Source: Dehalococcoidia bacterium | GTDB lineage: Bacteria; Chloroflexota; Dehalococcoidia; Lucifugimonadales; VXLM01 | Assembly: GCA_965219245.1 (NCBI GenBank) | Contig: OZ244722.1 | Coordinates: forward strand, 1,785,212 to 1,849,211 | Reading direction: 5' to 3' | DNA length: 64,000 nucleotides | Shown here: piece by piece, positions 7,848-18,140 of the stretch | Numbering within the stretch: the stretch's first letter is position 1 | How the letters are laid out: each line of letters starts with the position of its first letter | Program-made: the position numbers and the translations under genes | Notes under the pieces: generated by a model | The model's input: only the letters and a program-made list of their open reading frames with translations | Databases searched by the model: none | Told to the model about the DNA's origin: nothing

Positions 7848-8804
7848 ATGTCATCCGTAGGTCGATTGTCAGGGCGCGGGAGCGTGATAGGTCTCCTGCT
7901 GTTGATGGTGTCCGCGCTGCTGATTGCGTGTTCCGGGGACGAAGAGGGAGAATCCCCCAGCCTGAGCGGTACCGTTGAGATCGACGGTTCGAGCACGGTG
8001 TTCCCGATCAGCGAGGCCGTTGCCGAAGAGTTCAACAAGATCTCCCCAAGCGTCCGGGTAAATGTCGGCGTTTCGGGCACAGGCGGCGGCTTCAAGCGGT
8101 TCACGGTCGGTGAGACCGACATCTCCGACGCCTCTCGCGCCATCGAGGACTCCGAGAGTGAAGCGGCGGCGTCCAACGGTATCGAATACCACGAGCTTCG
8201 CGTTGGTACCGACGGCCTCTCGGTCATGGTCTCAACGCGGAACGACTTCCTCGACTGCCTGACGGTGGGAGAGTTGAAGATGATCTGGAATGCCGGTTCC
8301 ACGGTCAAGAACTGGAACCAGGTACGCTCCGGCTTCCCTAACCGCCCTCTCCGGCTGTACGGTCCTGATACCGACTCCGGCACGTTCGACTTCTTCACGG
8401 AGGAGATCAACGGCGAGGCCCAGGTGAGCCGCGCAGACTACACGGCCAGCGCCGACGACAACGTTCTCGTGCAGGGCATCAGCGGCGACCGCAACGCGCT
8501 GGGGTACTTCGGATACGCCTACTACGCCGAGAACGCCGACAAGCTGAAGCTGGTATCGGTGGACAACGGTGACGGTTGCGTGACCCCAACGCCCGACACG
8601 ATCCTCTCGGGCGACTATAAGCCCCTTACCCGCCCACTCTTCATCTACGTGAACAAGAAGAGTCTCGAGCGCGCCGAGGTCAGGGCCTTCGTGGAGTTCT
8701 ACATGGAGCACGGCGAGGAGCTTACCCGCGAGGTCGGCTACGTGCCCGTCTCTCCGGATGCATACGCATCCAACCGCACGATGGTCGAGAATGGCGGCAA
8801 CTAA
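7848..8804 (+). CDS. pstS: Phosphate ABC transporter substrate-binding protein PstS
   Basis: Start refined to ATG 7848 (AAGGAGG 10 nt upstream). Lipoprotein-type signal LLLMVSALLIACSG. IDGSSTVFPISEAVAEEF...GVSGTGGGFKRF...DISDASR are PstS family motifs. Confidence 0.9.
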   Translation: MSSVGRLSGRGSVIGLLLLMVSALLIACSGDEEGESPSLSGTVEIDGSSTVFPISEAVAEEFNKISPSVRVNVGVSGTGGGFKRFTVGETDISDASRAIEDSESEAAASNGIEYHELRVGTDGLSVMVSTRNDFLDCLTVGELKMIWNAGSTVKNWNQVRSGFPNRPLRLYGPDTDSGTFDFFTEEINGEAQVSRADYTASADDNVLVQGISGDRNALGYFGYAYYAENADKLKLVSVDNGDGCVTPTPDTILSGDYKPLTRPLFIYVNKKSLERAEVRAFVEFYMEHGEELTREVGYVPVSPDAYASNRTMVENGGN

Positions 8805-8922
8805 CGGACGTTTGAACTGACGCGCCCCGGTTTTTTGACGGGGTTCGTTGGACAGAGTATTGATACCGGGACGGAGGAGTAGGCCTCCGCCTCGAAGCGT
8901 ACGAGTAATCAAAGAGGATAAC

Positions 8923-9897
8923 GTGAGTTCAGGATCCGCGGCGCAGGGAAGCCCAGAATCGCCCACCGACGTCTTGAAGTCCGCCGGCAGCGAGTACCGC
9001 GCGCTCTTCAAGCGCAACAAGCGAACGTGGGAGGGCGCCGTCGTTCACTGTCTGGTGTTCGTGTGCGCCATTCTGTCGATCTTGACCACGGTCGCCATCC
9101 TCCTGTCTCTGGTCATCCAGTCGTGGGGATTCTTCTCGCAAATCCCGGTATGGGAGTTCCTGGGCGAAGCAAGATGGTCGCCGATCCTCAAACCGAGGTC
9201 ATACGGCGTCCTTCCGCTCGTGGCGGGGACGATGCTGGTGACCTTCCTGGGAGCGGCTGTGGCGATTCCGGTAGGTCTGGCGGCTGCCACGTACCTGTCG
9301 GAATATGCCCACGACAAGGTCAGGCGGATTATCAAGCCGATCCTCGAAGTATTGGCGGGTATCCCGACCGTTGTGTACGGCTATTTCGCCCTGACCTTCG
9401 TGACGCCGCAGCTCCAACGAATCTTCCCGGACATGCTGGTCTTCAACGCCCTGAGCGCGGGGCTGGTCATGGGCATCATGATCCTCCCGATGGTCTCGTC
9501 GCTGAGCGAGGACGCCATGCTGGCGGTGCCGAGCTCGCTGCGACAGGCGGCATACGCCCTCGGCGCGACGCGATTCGAGGTGTCGACCAAGATCGTCATT
9601 CCGGCTGCGCTGTCCGGCATCATGGCGGCCTTCATCATCGGTCTTTCCCGCGCGATTGGCGAGACGATGCTCGTCACCATCGCCGCCGGCGCGACGCCGA
9701 AGCTCACCATCAATCCACTCGAGAGTATCCAGACCATGACCGCCTACATCGTGCAGCTGAGCTTGGGCGAAACGCCGCACGGTTCGCTTGAGTTCAACAC
9801 GATCTTCGCGGTCGGGCTGCTGCTCTTCCTCATGACGCTCGTTATGAACGTCATGGGCTATGCGATTGTTCGGAAATGGGGGCTGAAGTACGAATGA
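8923..9897 (+). CDS. pstC: Phosphate ABC transporter permease PstC
   Basis: Multi-TM protein with the EAA-type loop ([16 protein letters not shown]). Start is uncertain: GTG 8923 (AGAGGA upstream) is preferred over the track start 8848. Confidence 0.85.
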   Translation: MSSGSAAQGSPESPTDVLKSAGSEYRALFKRNKRTWEGAVVHCLVFVCAILSILTTVAILLSLVIQSWGFFSQIPVWEFLGEARWSPILKPRSYGVLPLVAGTMLVTFLGAAVAIPVGLAAATYLSEYAHDKVRRIIKPILEVLAGIPTVVYGYFALTFVTPQLQRIFPDMLVFNALSAGLVMGIMILPMVSSLSEDAMLAVPSSLRQAAYALGATRFEVSTKIVIPAALSGIMAAFIIGLSRAIGETMLVTIAAGATPKLTINPLESIQTMTAYIVQLSLGETPHGSLEFNTIFAVGLLLFLMTLVMNVMGYAIVRKWGLKYE

Positions 9898-10808
9898 TTC
9901 CGAGAACCGCGCGGTTCCATCCGAATCTTGAGGCCCGGAAGGTCAAGGGCGCGATTGCCTACGTCATCCTTGTCGGCGCGGTGGCGGTCGGCATACTAGG
10001 TCTCGCCGTACTCCTAATACAGGTGTTTTTGCAGGGCGTCGACTGGCTCCGGCCGGAGCTTATCTTCAACTTCCCATCCCGATTCCCGGAGCAGGCGGGC
10101 CTCAAGGCCGCGTTGTTCGGTACGTTATGGCTCATGGGCCTGACCGCCCTGTTCTGCGTTCCGGTGGGGATCGGGGCCGCCATCTACCTGGAAGAGTACG
10201 CCCCGGAGAACCGCCTGACCCAGTTCATCGAGATCAACATCGCCAACTTGGCGGGCGTCCCCTCCATCGTCTACGGCCTCTTGGGACTGGCACTGTTCGT
10301 CCAAGGGTACACGTTCGAGTACGGCGGGACGAAGATCGAATTCAACCTTGGTCGAAGCGTTTTGGCCGGCGCGCTCACTATGTCGCTGCTCGTCCTGCCC
10401 ATCGTCATTCTGGCTTCTCGCGAGGCGATAAAGGCGGTGCCGGACACCTACCGGCAGGCCTCGTTCGCTCTCGGAGCGACCAAGTGGGAGACCATCCGAG
10501 GCGTGGTGCTCCCGTCAGCGTTCCCCGGAATGCTGACGGGCATCATCCTGGCGATGTCGCGGGCGGTGGGAGAAACCGCGCCGGTGATAGCAATCAGCGC
10601 GCTGGTCTACCTGACCTTCATTCCGCAAGGGCCGCTCGACCGGTTCTCCGTCCTTCCGATACAAATTTACAACTGGGTCTCCCGTCCTCAGGCGGACTTT
10701 CAGGGCCTCGCAGCGGGTGGTATAGTTGTTCTACTCATAGTGCTGCTCTCCATGAACGCCCTCGCCGTCTACTTGCGGAACAAGTTCCAGAATCGGTCAA
10801 TCGAGTGA
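9894..10808 (+). CDS. pstA: Phosphate ABC transporter permease PstA
   Basis: ATG 9894 overlaps the pstC stop (ATGA). [22 protein letters not shown] permease signature with 6 predicted TM segments. Confidence 0.88.
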   Translation: MIPRTARFHPNLEARKVKGAIAYVILVGAVAVGILGLAVLLIQVFLQGVDWLRPELIFNFPSRFPEQAGLKAALFGTLWLMGLTALFCVPVGIGAAIYLEEYAPENRLTQFIEINIANLAGVPSIVYGLLGLALFVQGYTFEYGGTKIEFNLGRSVLAGALTMSLLVLPIVILASREAIKAVPDTYRQASFALGATKWETIRGVVLPSAFPGMLTGIILAMSRAVGETAPVIAISALVYLTFIPQGPLDRFSVLPIQIYNWVSRPQADFQGLAAGGIVVLLIVLLSMNALAVYLRNKFQNRSIE

Positions 10809-10836
10809 CAGTCCCTTCCACAATCGGCGAGGCATC

Positions 10837-11691
10837 GTGCAGGAACAGACTACGAAACAGCCGGAAACCATCGTCCCGTCTCAATTGATCGTCAAACAGC
10901 CGGACACCGCTGACGACATTCAGACTGACGTCGTCCTCGACGTGCAGTCGCTTGAGGTCTACTACGGGACTTTCAGGGCGGTGAAGGACGTGGCCATGCC
11001 GATTCAGTCGAACAAGGTCACGGCGTTCATCGGCCCGTCCGGATGCGGCAAGAGCACGGTCCTCCGCTGCTTCAACCGCATGAACGACCTGATCCGCGGC
11101 GCGCGGGTCGGCGGCAGGATACTGTTCCGCGACGAGGACCTGTACGGCGCCGACATCGACCCGACCGAGATGCGTTCGCGCATCGGCATGGTCTTTCAGA
11201 AGCCGAACCCATTTCCCAAGTCGATCTACGAAAACGTCGCGTTCGGCCTTCGGGTGAACGGCTTCACCGGCAACTACCCTGACGCGGTCGAGCGTTCTCT
11301 TCGCCGTGCCGCCCTCTGGGACGAGGTAAAGGACCGGTTGAAGGAGAACGCCTTGGAGCTATCAGGCGGACAGCAGCAGCGCCTCTGCATCGCGCGGGCC
11401 CTCGCGCCCGAGCCGGAGGTGCTCCTCATGGACGAGCCGGCGTCGGCACTCGACCCGATCTCGACTCTCGCCATCGAGGACCTCATCAAGGAACTCGTCA
11501 GCGACGTGTCCATCGTCATCGTGACCCACAACATGCAACAGGCCGCGCGAGTCTCGGACGAGACGGCATTCTTCATGATCGACTCGGACGACCGCGCCGG
11601 ATACCTGGTCGAGTTCGGCAAGACCAACAGCATCTTCACGAACCCGACGGACGAGCGGACGGAAGCGTACATAACGGGCCGGTTCAGCTAG
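10837..11691 (+). CDS. pstB: Phosphate ABC transporter ATP-binding protein PstB
   Basis: Walker [10 protein letters not shown], signature [15 protein letters not shown], Walker [12 protein letters not shown], plus the PstB-typical [15 protein letters not shown]. Confidence 0.93.
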   Translation: MQEQTTKQPETIVPSQLIVKQPDTADDIQTDVVLDVQSLEVYYGTFRAVKDVAMPIQSNKVTAFIGPSGCGKSTVLRCFNRMNDLIRGARVGGRILFRDEDLYGADIDPTEMRSRIGMVFQKPNPFPKSIYENVAFGLRVNGFTGNYPDAVERSLRRAALWDEVKDRLKENALELSGGQQQRLCIARALAPEPEVLLMDEPASALDPISTLAIEDLIKELVSDVSIVIVTHNMQQAARVSDETAFFMIDSDDRAGYLVEFGKTNSIFTNPTDERTEAYITGRFS

Positions 11692-11705
11692 GCGGAGACA
11701 CCACC

Positions 11706-12380
11706 ATGCCCCGAAACGAGTTCGGACGCGATCTCCGGTTTCTCCAGGAAGAATTGCTGGCTGTGGGCAGCATGGTCGAAAAGGCCATTGCGAATTCGGT
11801 CGACGGCCTCAAGCGGCGTGACTTGGAACTCTCTCGCCAGGTAGTCCAGGACGACGCAATTATCGACGCCCGGCGGTACGACATCGAGGAGCGCTGCGTC
11901 AATCTCATCGCGAAACAGCAGCCCATGGCCACCGACCTGCGCACGATCATCGCGATCCTGCAAATCGTAGGGGAGCTTGAGCGGATTGGCGACTATGCGA
12001 GCGGTATCGCCAAGATCAGCCTGGCAATGGGGAATGAGCCCCCCATCAAGCCGCTGATCGATATCCCGCGCATGGCCGACAAGGCCTCGCTGATGCTTCG
12101 CAGGAGCCTCGATGCCCTCGTGAACAGGGACATCGTCGCCGCGGCGGGTGTACGGGCCGATGACGACGAGGTGGACGCCCTCTACGACCAGATATACCGC
12201 GAGCTGCTTACCTTCATGCTGGAAGACCCCCGAACGATAACACGGGCCACGTACCTGCTATGGGTCGCGCACGACCTCGAACGCATCGCCGACCGGGCGA
12301 CCAACATCGCCAAGCGCGTCATCTACCTCGTAACCGGCCAGCATGTAGAGACCAAGAACCTCGCGTCGACGGGCTCATAG
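11706..12380 (+). CDS. phoU: Phosphate signalling complex protein PhoU
   Basis: 224 aa with two PhoU repeats (ELERIGDYASGIAK and DLERIADRATNIAK). The stop TAG coincides with the terminal TAG of the downstream MITE. Confidence 0.9.
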   Translation: MPRNEFGRDLRFLQEELLAVGSMVEKAIANSVDGLKRRDLELSRQVVQDDAIIDARRYDIEERCVNLIAKQQPMATDLRTIIAILQIVGELERIGDYASGIAKISLAMGNEPPIKPLIDIPRMADKASLMLRRSLDALVNRDIVAAAGVRADDDEVDALYDQIYRELLTFMLEDPRTITRATYLLWVAHDLERIADRATNIAKRVIYLVTGQHVETKNLASTGS

Positions 12381-12517
12381 TACTCAGTCAACTCGAATAT
12401 GATGAACTGGCAGATGCCGCTCTATCCCCTCTCCCGTCGTGGGAGAGAGCCTGCCCCGTACTTGATACGGGGGTGAGGGCGAATCGTAGTACCAGAATCA
12501 TGTTGACATGGTACCAG
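12378..12517. mobile_element. MITE (TAGTACTCAGTCAACTCGAATATGA ... TGTTGACATGGTACCAG), slightly degenerate ends
   Basis: Same left end and core as 2200, 3625 and 42023. The right end is the catgttgacatggtac type, also seen at 42107..42145 and 53985..54024. Confidence 0.6.
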
Positions 12518-12527
12518 TCTCACCCGT

Positions 12528-12732
12528 CATTACCCTGAAAATAACCCCCGTCCAATCTCCCCTACCGCTGCCATTTTCGTGATTGGTGGTGTCGGTGACA
12601 ACCGACATGAGCGATTGCTATGAGAATAGGCTCCGGCAAACCTGTTGTAGGGGCAACCCTTGTGGTTGCCCGTTCCCGGCGCCACCGCCATTTTCATCCC
12701 CTTATATGGCCTCCACACGGCCATAGTCATTC
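12528..12732 (+). repeat. Degenerate copy of the composite hairpin unit plus its terminal module
   Basis: ctgaaaataacccccgtccaa...attttcgtgattggtggtgtcggtgacaaccgacatgagcgattgc, then a variant palindrome (gtaggggcaacccttgtggttgccc), then ttttcatccccttatatggcctccacacggccatagtcattcc. The same ending occurs at 18033..18080 and 7427..7470. Confidence 0.7.
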
Positions 12733-12868
12733 CGAACGCAGCCGACTCGCCACCCCGTCATTCCTGCGAAGGCAGGAATCCAGAATCCTCGTCCTGCCCG
12801 AACTCACCTCTTACGCAAGGCTTCCTCCCCTGCGCTCTCCGCGCCCTCTGCGGTGAGTCACACGTCAC

Positions 12869-13882
12869 CTACTTGCCGCCGAAGACACCGCGCCGTGTCG
12901 CCTCCCGGATCGCCCTCTCCACGTCCACGACGAGCGGCCCGTCGTCCCTCAACGTGACCTGCGCGGACTGTTCCACCCCAACGCTCCACGCCCTCTCCCC
13001 GTCGAGGGCGATGGTGCACGGCCGCAGTCCTATGTCCACCGCTTCCCCGACACCCATGAGCTTCCACGCGGATACCGGCACGGTCGTCACGATGCCCGGA
13101 GCGATTGGCGCGTCGACCGTCTCCCCGCCCGGTCCGATGGTTACGTGTACTGCCGAACGTTCGCTGCCGTCCGACGGCCTGAGACGCGCGCCGATGGCCG
13201 ACAGGCCGATGGCGTCGGCATCCGTCCGCGCGAGGAACAGTTCCTTGATCGTGTCGATGTCCCACAGCGCCCGCGCCCCGATGAACCGGTGTGTGCTTAC
13301 CGCCACGTCCACGAGGGCTATGTCCCGCACCGTTCGGTCGATTGACACTTCCAGCGCCGTCGATCGTCGTGTGACTTGCTGAACGTCTACCACTCCCGCC
13401 GCCACGACCCCCGCGGCGATACCCGCCACGGTGCCCTCGATCATCTGGGGGAAGACGTTGTTGGTGCCCGTGGATATGGGAATGATTGGGATGTCGCCCG
13501 AGCCCTTGGCAACGGCGCGATTCGTCCCGTCACCTCCCAGGGTGACAAGGCATCCCACACCCTGGTCTTGCATAGCCTCGGCGGCGCGGGTGGAGTCGAT
13601 TTCCTTGTTCGTGACGAGAATGTCGACGAACTCGACATCCAAGCTCCCGGATCGTCCGTCCATGCTGCCATGGCCGAGTCCGTTCATATCCGGCATGAAG
13701 ACGACGCGACGGACGCCGACCGACTCGATGCCTGCAAGCACCCTGCGGAGAATGTTCACCTTCTCCTGGTTGGTGACGAACCGTCCCTGGGCAACGAGTC
13801 GCCGAATGTCCTTGCCCGCCGCCGGATTCGCGATGATCCCGACGGCAGGAGTCCGGCTACTCGCCATCGTTCCAGCGCCCAA
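12869..13882 (-). CDS. ATP-NAD kinase family protein (AcoX-like)
   Basis: 337 aa. VGIIANPAAGKD and LVTLGGDGTNR (GGDGT motif) fit the NAD kinase / diacylglycerol kinase-like fold. Confidence 0.7.
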   Translation of the reverse strand: MGAGTMASSRTPAVGIIANPAAGKDIRRLVAQGRFVTNQEKVNILRRVLAGIESVGVRRVVFMPDMNGLGHGSMDGRSGSLDVEFVDILVTNKEIDSTRAAEAMQDQGVGCLVTLGGDGTNRAVAKGSGDIPIIPISTGTNNVFPQMIEGTVAGIAAGVVAAGVVDVQQVTRRSTALEVSIDRTVRDIALVDVAVSTHRFIGARALWDIDTIKELFLARTDADAIGLSAIGARLRPSDGSERSAVHVTIGPGGETVDAPIAPGIVTTVPVSAWKLMGVGEAVDIGLRPCTIALDGERAWSVGVEQSAQVTLRDDGPLVVDVERAIREATRRGVFGGK

Positions 13883-14789
13883 TCTCTTCGACCGCGTGCG
13901 CGATTCTGCGTCGCAAATTGGCCGACGACTCCGGGGTCCACTCGTACACGCCGCGCCCCGTCTTCAGGCCGTAGTCTCCTCGCTCTGCCATCCGTGCAAT
14001 CGCGGGCGGAACCTCGGTGGACGACTCTATATCGGGCATGAGCTGCTCGCATATCGCGTACCACACGTCCGCGCCCGCGGCGTCGAACACTTCAAATGGC
14101 CCCGCCACGCCGAGCCTTCGACCAAGGCCGCTCCTGACCACCGTGTCGATGTCCTCCGGTCGCGCGACGCCGTCTTCCACGAGCGCGAAGCACTCGCGAA
14201 GAAGGGCGGCCTGCAGCCGGTTGGCGATGAACCCCAGCGCCTCCTTCTCCAGCATGACCGGCCTCTTGCCCTGGGAAACGACGAGGTCGCGTACCGCTTC
14301 GACCGTTTCGGGCGAGGTGTCGCGCCCTCCGACCACCTCGACCAGCGGAACGACGTGGGGCGGATTGAAGTAGTGCATCACTACCACCCGCTCCGGGTTC
14401 TTCGTGGCCTCGGCAATCTGGGAGGGCAAGTACGTGGACGTGTTGCTGGCGAGGATGGTGTCCACCCTGCAGATGCTCTCCAGTTCCCTGAACAACGCCT
14501 GCTTTACTTCCAGGTTCTCGACGATCGCTTCGACGACGAGGTCCGCGTTTTCGACCGCCGTTCGCAGGTCGTCGGTATATGTGATGCGGGATGCGACGCC
14601 GTCCCACTCATCGGATCGCCCCAGCATTTCGAGGTTCTGCCTGATGCGGTCCCGCGCATGGTCCAGCCGCTCTTCGCTCACGTCGTTCAGCGAAACGCTG
14701 TACCCGGAGACGGCAAACTCCTGCGCGATGCTGTGGCCCATCAGCCCCGCCCCAACGACGGCGATGTTACGTATGTCTTTCGTGCTCAT
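13857..14789 (-). CDS. 3-hydroxyacyl-CoA dehydrogenase family protein (NAD-binding)
   Basis: IAVVGAGLMGHSIAQEFA Rossmann motif. NTSTYLPSQIA and HYFNPPHVVPLVEVV are typical of HBD/HADH enzymes. Confidence 0.88.
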   Translation of the reverse strand: MSTKDIRNIAVVGAGLMGHSIAQEFAVSGYSVSLNDVSEERLDHARDRIRQNLEMLGRSDEWDGVASRITYTDDLRTAVENADLVVEAIVENLEVKQALFRELESICRVDTILASNTSTYLPSQIAEATKNPERVVVMHYFNPPHVVPLVEVVGGRDTSPETVEAVRDLVVSQGKRPVMLEKEALGFIANRLQAALLRECFALVEDGVARPEDIDTVVRSGLGRRLGVAGPFEVFDAAGADVWYAICEQLMPDIESSTEVPPAIARMAERGDYGLKTGRGVYEWTPESSANLRRRIAHAVEEIGRWNDGE

Positions 14790-15766
14790 AGCAGCCCTCT
14801 CATGGTTGCAATTTTGGGAAGGAGAGACATGCTCAGGTGCGCTCCGGTGACGATTGCCGCCACCCTTTTCCCCCGGACCTCGTCCGGGTGGCCGACCATG
14901 GCCGCTATCGGCGTGGCTGCCGATGGCTCCGCGAAGACCTGCTCAAGCTCCATCAGGCTCCTCACGGCGGGCAGAATGTCCGACTCCGACACCGTCCACA
15001 CGTCGTCGATGAGACCGGTAAGCTCCTCCACGATCTTGGGAATCGGAACACGAACGGCCAGCCCGTCGGCAAGCGTGTCGACCGAGGCCGACTCGTCCCA
15101 CGCCTGCCCCCGAAGCGCCTGCGCCATCGAGGGCGCTCCCTCAGGCACGACAGCAACTATTTTGGTGTCTGGACTCCGCCTTTTTATCTCCTGCGCGATG
15201 CCCTTGATGAGCGACCCGTTGCCGAGTGGCACGATGACCACGTCCCAAGGGGCCGGGTCCCGCAGCAGCTCCGTAGCGATAGTGCCCGCGCCCGTCGCCA
15301 TCTCCTCGATTACGCCGTCCTCCCAAAAGACCCCACCTGCCTCACGGGCCTTCTCCTTCGCATACCCCTTCGCCACGTCGAAATCGGTGCCGTGTATCTC
15401 CACCTTGCCACCCAACAGACGGATTCTCTCCAGCTTGGACGGGGTCGCCCCCTCGGGAGCAACCACCGTCACCGGGATGCCGTACCTCGCACAGGCGTAT
15501 ACGATTGCCAGGCCATAGTTCCCCGCTGACGCGACGTAGACGCCCGCCTTAGGAACATCCGAGGTCAGCGCTCCGGCGGTCGTGATCGCCCCACGCAGCT
15601 TGAACGAGCCAATCGGAGTGCAGTCCTCCCGCTTGAGCCAGACATCGGCATCGAGTCGACGGCCAATGGCGTGAGCCTGCAGCAGCGGCGTCGGCGTCCA
15701 CGGCTCGGCCTCGATCAGGCTCGCCGCGAATTCGATTGTGGTGGTATCGGTCAGGGAGTCGGGCAC
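14786..15766 (-). CDS. PLP-dependent threonine/serine dehydratase family enzyme
   Basis: LKREDCTPIGSFKLRGA contains the PLP lysine motif of threonine ammonia-lyase / serine racemase-type enzymes. ASAGNYG loop present. 4-bp overlap with the downstream gene. Confidence 0.85.
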   Translation of the reverse strand: MPDSLTDTTTIEFAASLIEAEPWTPTPLLQAHAIGRRLDADVWLKREDCTPIGSFKLRGAITTAGALTSDVPKAGVYVASAGNYGLAIVYACARYGIPVTVVAPEGATPSKLERIRLLGGKVEIHGTDFDVAKGYAKEKAREAGGVFWEDGVIEEMATGAGTIATELLRDPAPWDVVIVPLGNGSLIKGIAQEIKRRSPDTKIVAVVPEGAPSMAQALRGQAWDESASVDTLADGLAVRVPIPKIVEELTGLIDDVWTVSESDILPAVRSLMELEQVFAEPSAATPIAAMVGHPDEVRGKRVAAIVTGAHLSMSLLPKIATMRGLL

Positions 15767-15841
15767 ACGCGGGTCCGGCAGTTGTTGTTACGTGGTCGGC
15801 GGAATTATATCACCGCCCGCCGAAGGGAGAGGGGAGTGCTG

Positions 15842-16813
15842 TTACAGCGATCCCCTACCCCCGAATGGGTACCCCAGCGGATCGTCCTCGAATTCGAGAC
15901 CAATCAACGCTTCCCGCGCCGCCTCTTCAATCGCCTCGTCCTCGTCGGACAGGTGTAGCTGTAGCGCGTTCTTCGCCGTCGTCCCGCCTATCAGTCCGAG
16001 CGCCTTGATCGAGGCCAGGCGCACTTCGGAGTCGTCGTCGCGGAGTCGTCGCAAGAGGTGCGGCGCGTCCGTCTCTTCGCCCAAAAGGCCGCACGCCGTC
16101 ACCGCCTCGAACCGCACCGCGGGCAGGGGGTTCGACATCTCGTCTACGACCGTTGGCAGCCAATTAGGATTCGAGCTTTGCCCCATCCCGTAGATCGCGC
16201 TCTGCACCAGCGTCGGGTTGTCCGACTCGTACGCTTCTCGGACGGCCTCGTTGGTCTCCGGGGTATTGAAGCTCGACACTACCTCGATCGCCCGCCTGCG
16301 CACGTCGATGTCCTCCGTCGGGCTGTTGACCAAGGCTAGGAGCGTCTGACGTATCCGGTCACCGTCACGAGTGAGCAGCTTGCCGTTCTGCGCCATCACT
16401 GCGAAGTTCTTCAGCGAGATGGCCGCCGACGACTTCACCTCGGCGCAGGTGTCGTTTTCCAGTAGCTTGACCAACGGACGGATCATCGTGCGGTCTTCCG
16501 TCTCCCACAGGCCCTTCGCCGCCATCTCCCGTATCGCGTCATCATCGTCCGTCAGACACGACTTGAATATCGAGCTGAAATCGAATTCCACGTTGTCGTC
16601 CGCCAGCTCGAGGAGCTTCCGAACGATCTCGCGCCTGCGTTCCGTCGACAGCCTGGGCCAGACGGTCTTGAGTTCGGCCAGACCCTCGACCGGCAGGTCG
16701 GTAAGCTGCAGTAGGCCCGAATACGTCACGGGCTTTTCCGCGTCGGTCAGGTCGGTTAGAAGGTCGGGGAGCGTCACGGCTATGAGAATGTCCGGCGGGC
16801 ATTTTTTGCCCAA
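15842..16813 (-). CDS. HEAT-repeat (PBS-lyase-like) protein
   Basis: Repeated D..VR..A...LG units (DSEVRLASIKALGLIGG, LPAVRFEAVTACGLLGE, DIDVRRRAIEVV). Confidence 0.7.
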   Translation of the reverse strand: MGKKCPPDILIAVTLPDLLTDLTDAEKPVTYSGLLQLTDLPVEGLAELKTVWPRLSTERRREIVRKLLELADDNVEFDFSSIFKSCLTDDDDAIREMAAKGLWETEDRTMIRPLVKLLENDTCAEVKSSAAISLKNFAVMAQNGKLLTRDGDRIRQTLLALVNSPTEDIDVRRRAIEVVSSFNTPETNEAVREAYESDNPTLVQSAIYGMGQSSNPNWLPTVVDEMSNPLPAVRFEAVTACGLLGEETDAPHLLRRLRDDDSEVRLASIKALGLIGGTTAKNALQLHLSDEDEAIEEAAREALIGLEFEDDPLGYPFGGRGSL

Positions 16814-16980
16814 AACACGGGACGAATGCGATTTGCGTTAGCAGGCACGGAAAATAATCGAGTCCCGCATCGTTTGTCAAGGTGGGGTGCAAGTGCGATA
16901 CTGCCCTTTGCGAGGGCGGTTTTGAGCCGCCGTTCGTACTCCCCCTTCGAGGTCTGCCTGTGCCCCGCCGAGTCAAGCGC

Positions 16981-17634
16981 ATGTCCGCGGTCGAGGTCAT
17001 GGACGCCCTCAGCCCCGAGTACGGCCCGTTCCACTGGGAGCCGCGATACGACCCCGCCTCCGAACTGGTCTACACCATCCTCTCGCAGCACACCTCCGAC
17101 ATCAACTCCGAACGCGCCTTCAACAACCTCATGGCCACGTTCGGCACGTTGGAGGCCATCGCGGCGGCGGACGTGAAGCAGATCGAAGACGCCATCAGGC
17201 GGGCGGGCCTGTTTCGCGTCAAAGCGCCCCGGATCAAGCAGGTGCTGAACGAGGTCCTCGAAGAGGTCGGCTCGTTCGACCTCACATTCCTCGCCGAGAT
17301 GCCCCTGAACGAGGCCAAGGACTGGCTCAAACGCTTCAACGGCATCGGCCCCAAGACCGCGGCCATCATCCTCTGCTTCTCGCTCGGACTGCCCGCCATG
17401 CCCGTCGACACGCACATCTACCGAGTCGCTCGACGGCTCGGCCTCATCGGCCCCAAGGTTACGGCCGACCAAGCCCACGACATTCTCGAGCCCATGGTCG
17501 CCCCGGAGGACGTCTTCGCCTTCCACCTCTACCTCATCAACCACGGGCGTCAGGTATGCAAGGCGATCAGGCCCCGGTGCGATTCCTGCACCCTCGCCGA
17601 GCGCTGCCCGTCGCGTGGCATCGAGCGCGGCTAG
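16981..17634 (+). CDS. nth: Endonuclease III / HhH-GPD base-excision repair glycosylase
   Basis: Start refined to ATG 16981. HhH motif LKRFNGIGPKTAAIIL, catalytic D in PVDTHIYRV, and a C-terminal 4Fe-4S cluster CKAIRPRCDSCTLAERC. Confidence 0.88.
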   Translation: MSAVEVMDALSPEYGPFHWEPRYDPASELVYTILSQHTSDINSERAFNNLMATFGTLEAIAAADVKQIEDAIRRAGLFRVKAPRIKQVLNEVLEEVGSFDLTFLAEMPLNEAKDWLKRFNGIGPKTAAIILCFSLGLPAMPVDTHIYRVARRLGLIGPKVTADQAHDILEPMVAPEDVFAFHLYLINHGRQVCKAIRPRCDSCTLAERCPSRGIERG

Positions 17635-17654
17635 CCGGTGCAGAAATTCTCCGT

Positions 17655-18080
17655 CATTACCCTGAAAATAGCCCCCGTCCAACCTCCCGTAGGGGCGATT
17701 CGCGAATCGCCCTACCGCCATTTTCATGATTGGTGGTGTCGGTGACAACCGACATGAGCGATTCCTCTGAAAATAGCCCCCGTCCAACCTCCCGTAGGGG
17801 CGATTCGCGAATCGCCCTACCGCCATTTTCATGATTGGTGGTGTCGGTGGCAACCGATATGAGAGATTCCTCTGAAAATAAACCCCGTCCAACCTCCCGT
17901 AGGGGCGATTCGCGAATCGCCCCTACCGCCTTTTTCATGATTGGTGGTGTCGGTGACAACCGACATGAGCGATTCCTCTGAAAATAACCCCCGTCCAACC
18001 TCCGGTAGGGGCGATTCGCGAATCGCCCCTACCGCCTTTTTCATCTCCTTATATGGCCTCCACAAGGCCATGGTGATTCC
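17655..18080 (+). repeat. Tandem array of a 105-bp composite hairpin unit (3 full units plus a terminal variant)
   Basis: ctgaaaata begins at 17662, 17767, 17872 and 17978 (periods 105, 105, 106). Each unit holds the perfect 28-nt palindrome GTAGGGGCGATTCGCGAATCGCCCCTAC and a second small hairpin, gtcggtgacaaccgac. There are no unique spacers. Confidence 0.9.
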
Positions 18081-18140
18081 CGCGACATAACTCCCTCTCC
18101 CGTTCGCGGGAGAGGACTGAGGTGAGGGTAAAAGCCCCGA

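Noticed and set aside
8805-8850. Hairpin between pstS and pstC as a terminator or attenuator
   Set aside because: The stem is only 5 bp (ccccg/cgggg) with a T-rich loop. That is too weak to call.
13431-15518. Very long ORFs on the strand opposite to, or out of frame with, recognisable genes (13431..15518 695 aa, 116..766, 4736..5506, 18291..19169, 21166..22281, 33395..34234, 47260..48009, 47844..49373, 57093..58427, 58729..59589, 16780..17892)
   Set aside because: These are shadow ORFs, typical of high-GC DNA. They are Arg/Ala/Pro/Gly-rich with no motifs, and each overlaps a gene with clear family signatures on the other strand or in another frame.
17655-18080. Possible CRISPR array (regularly spaced palindromic repeats)
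   Set aside because: The 105-bp units are contiguous and homologous over their whole length, with no unique spacers. No cas genes are in the window. The same unit occurs singly at two other loci.
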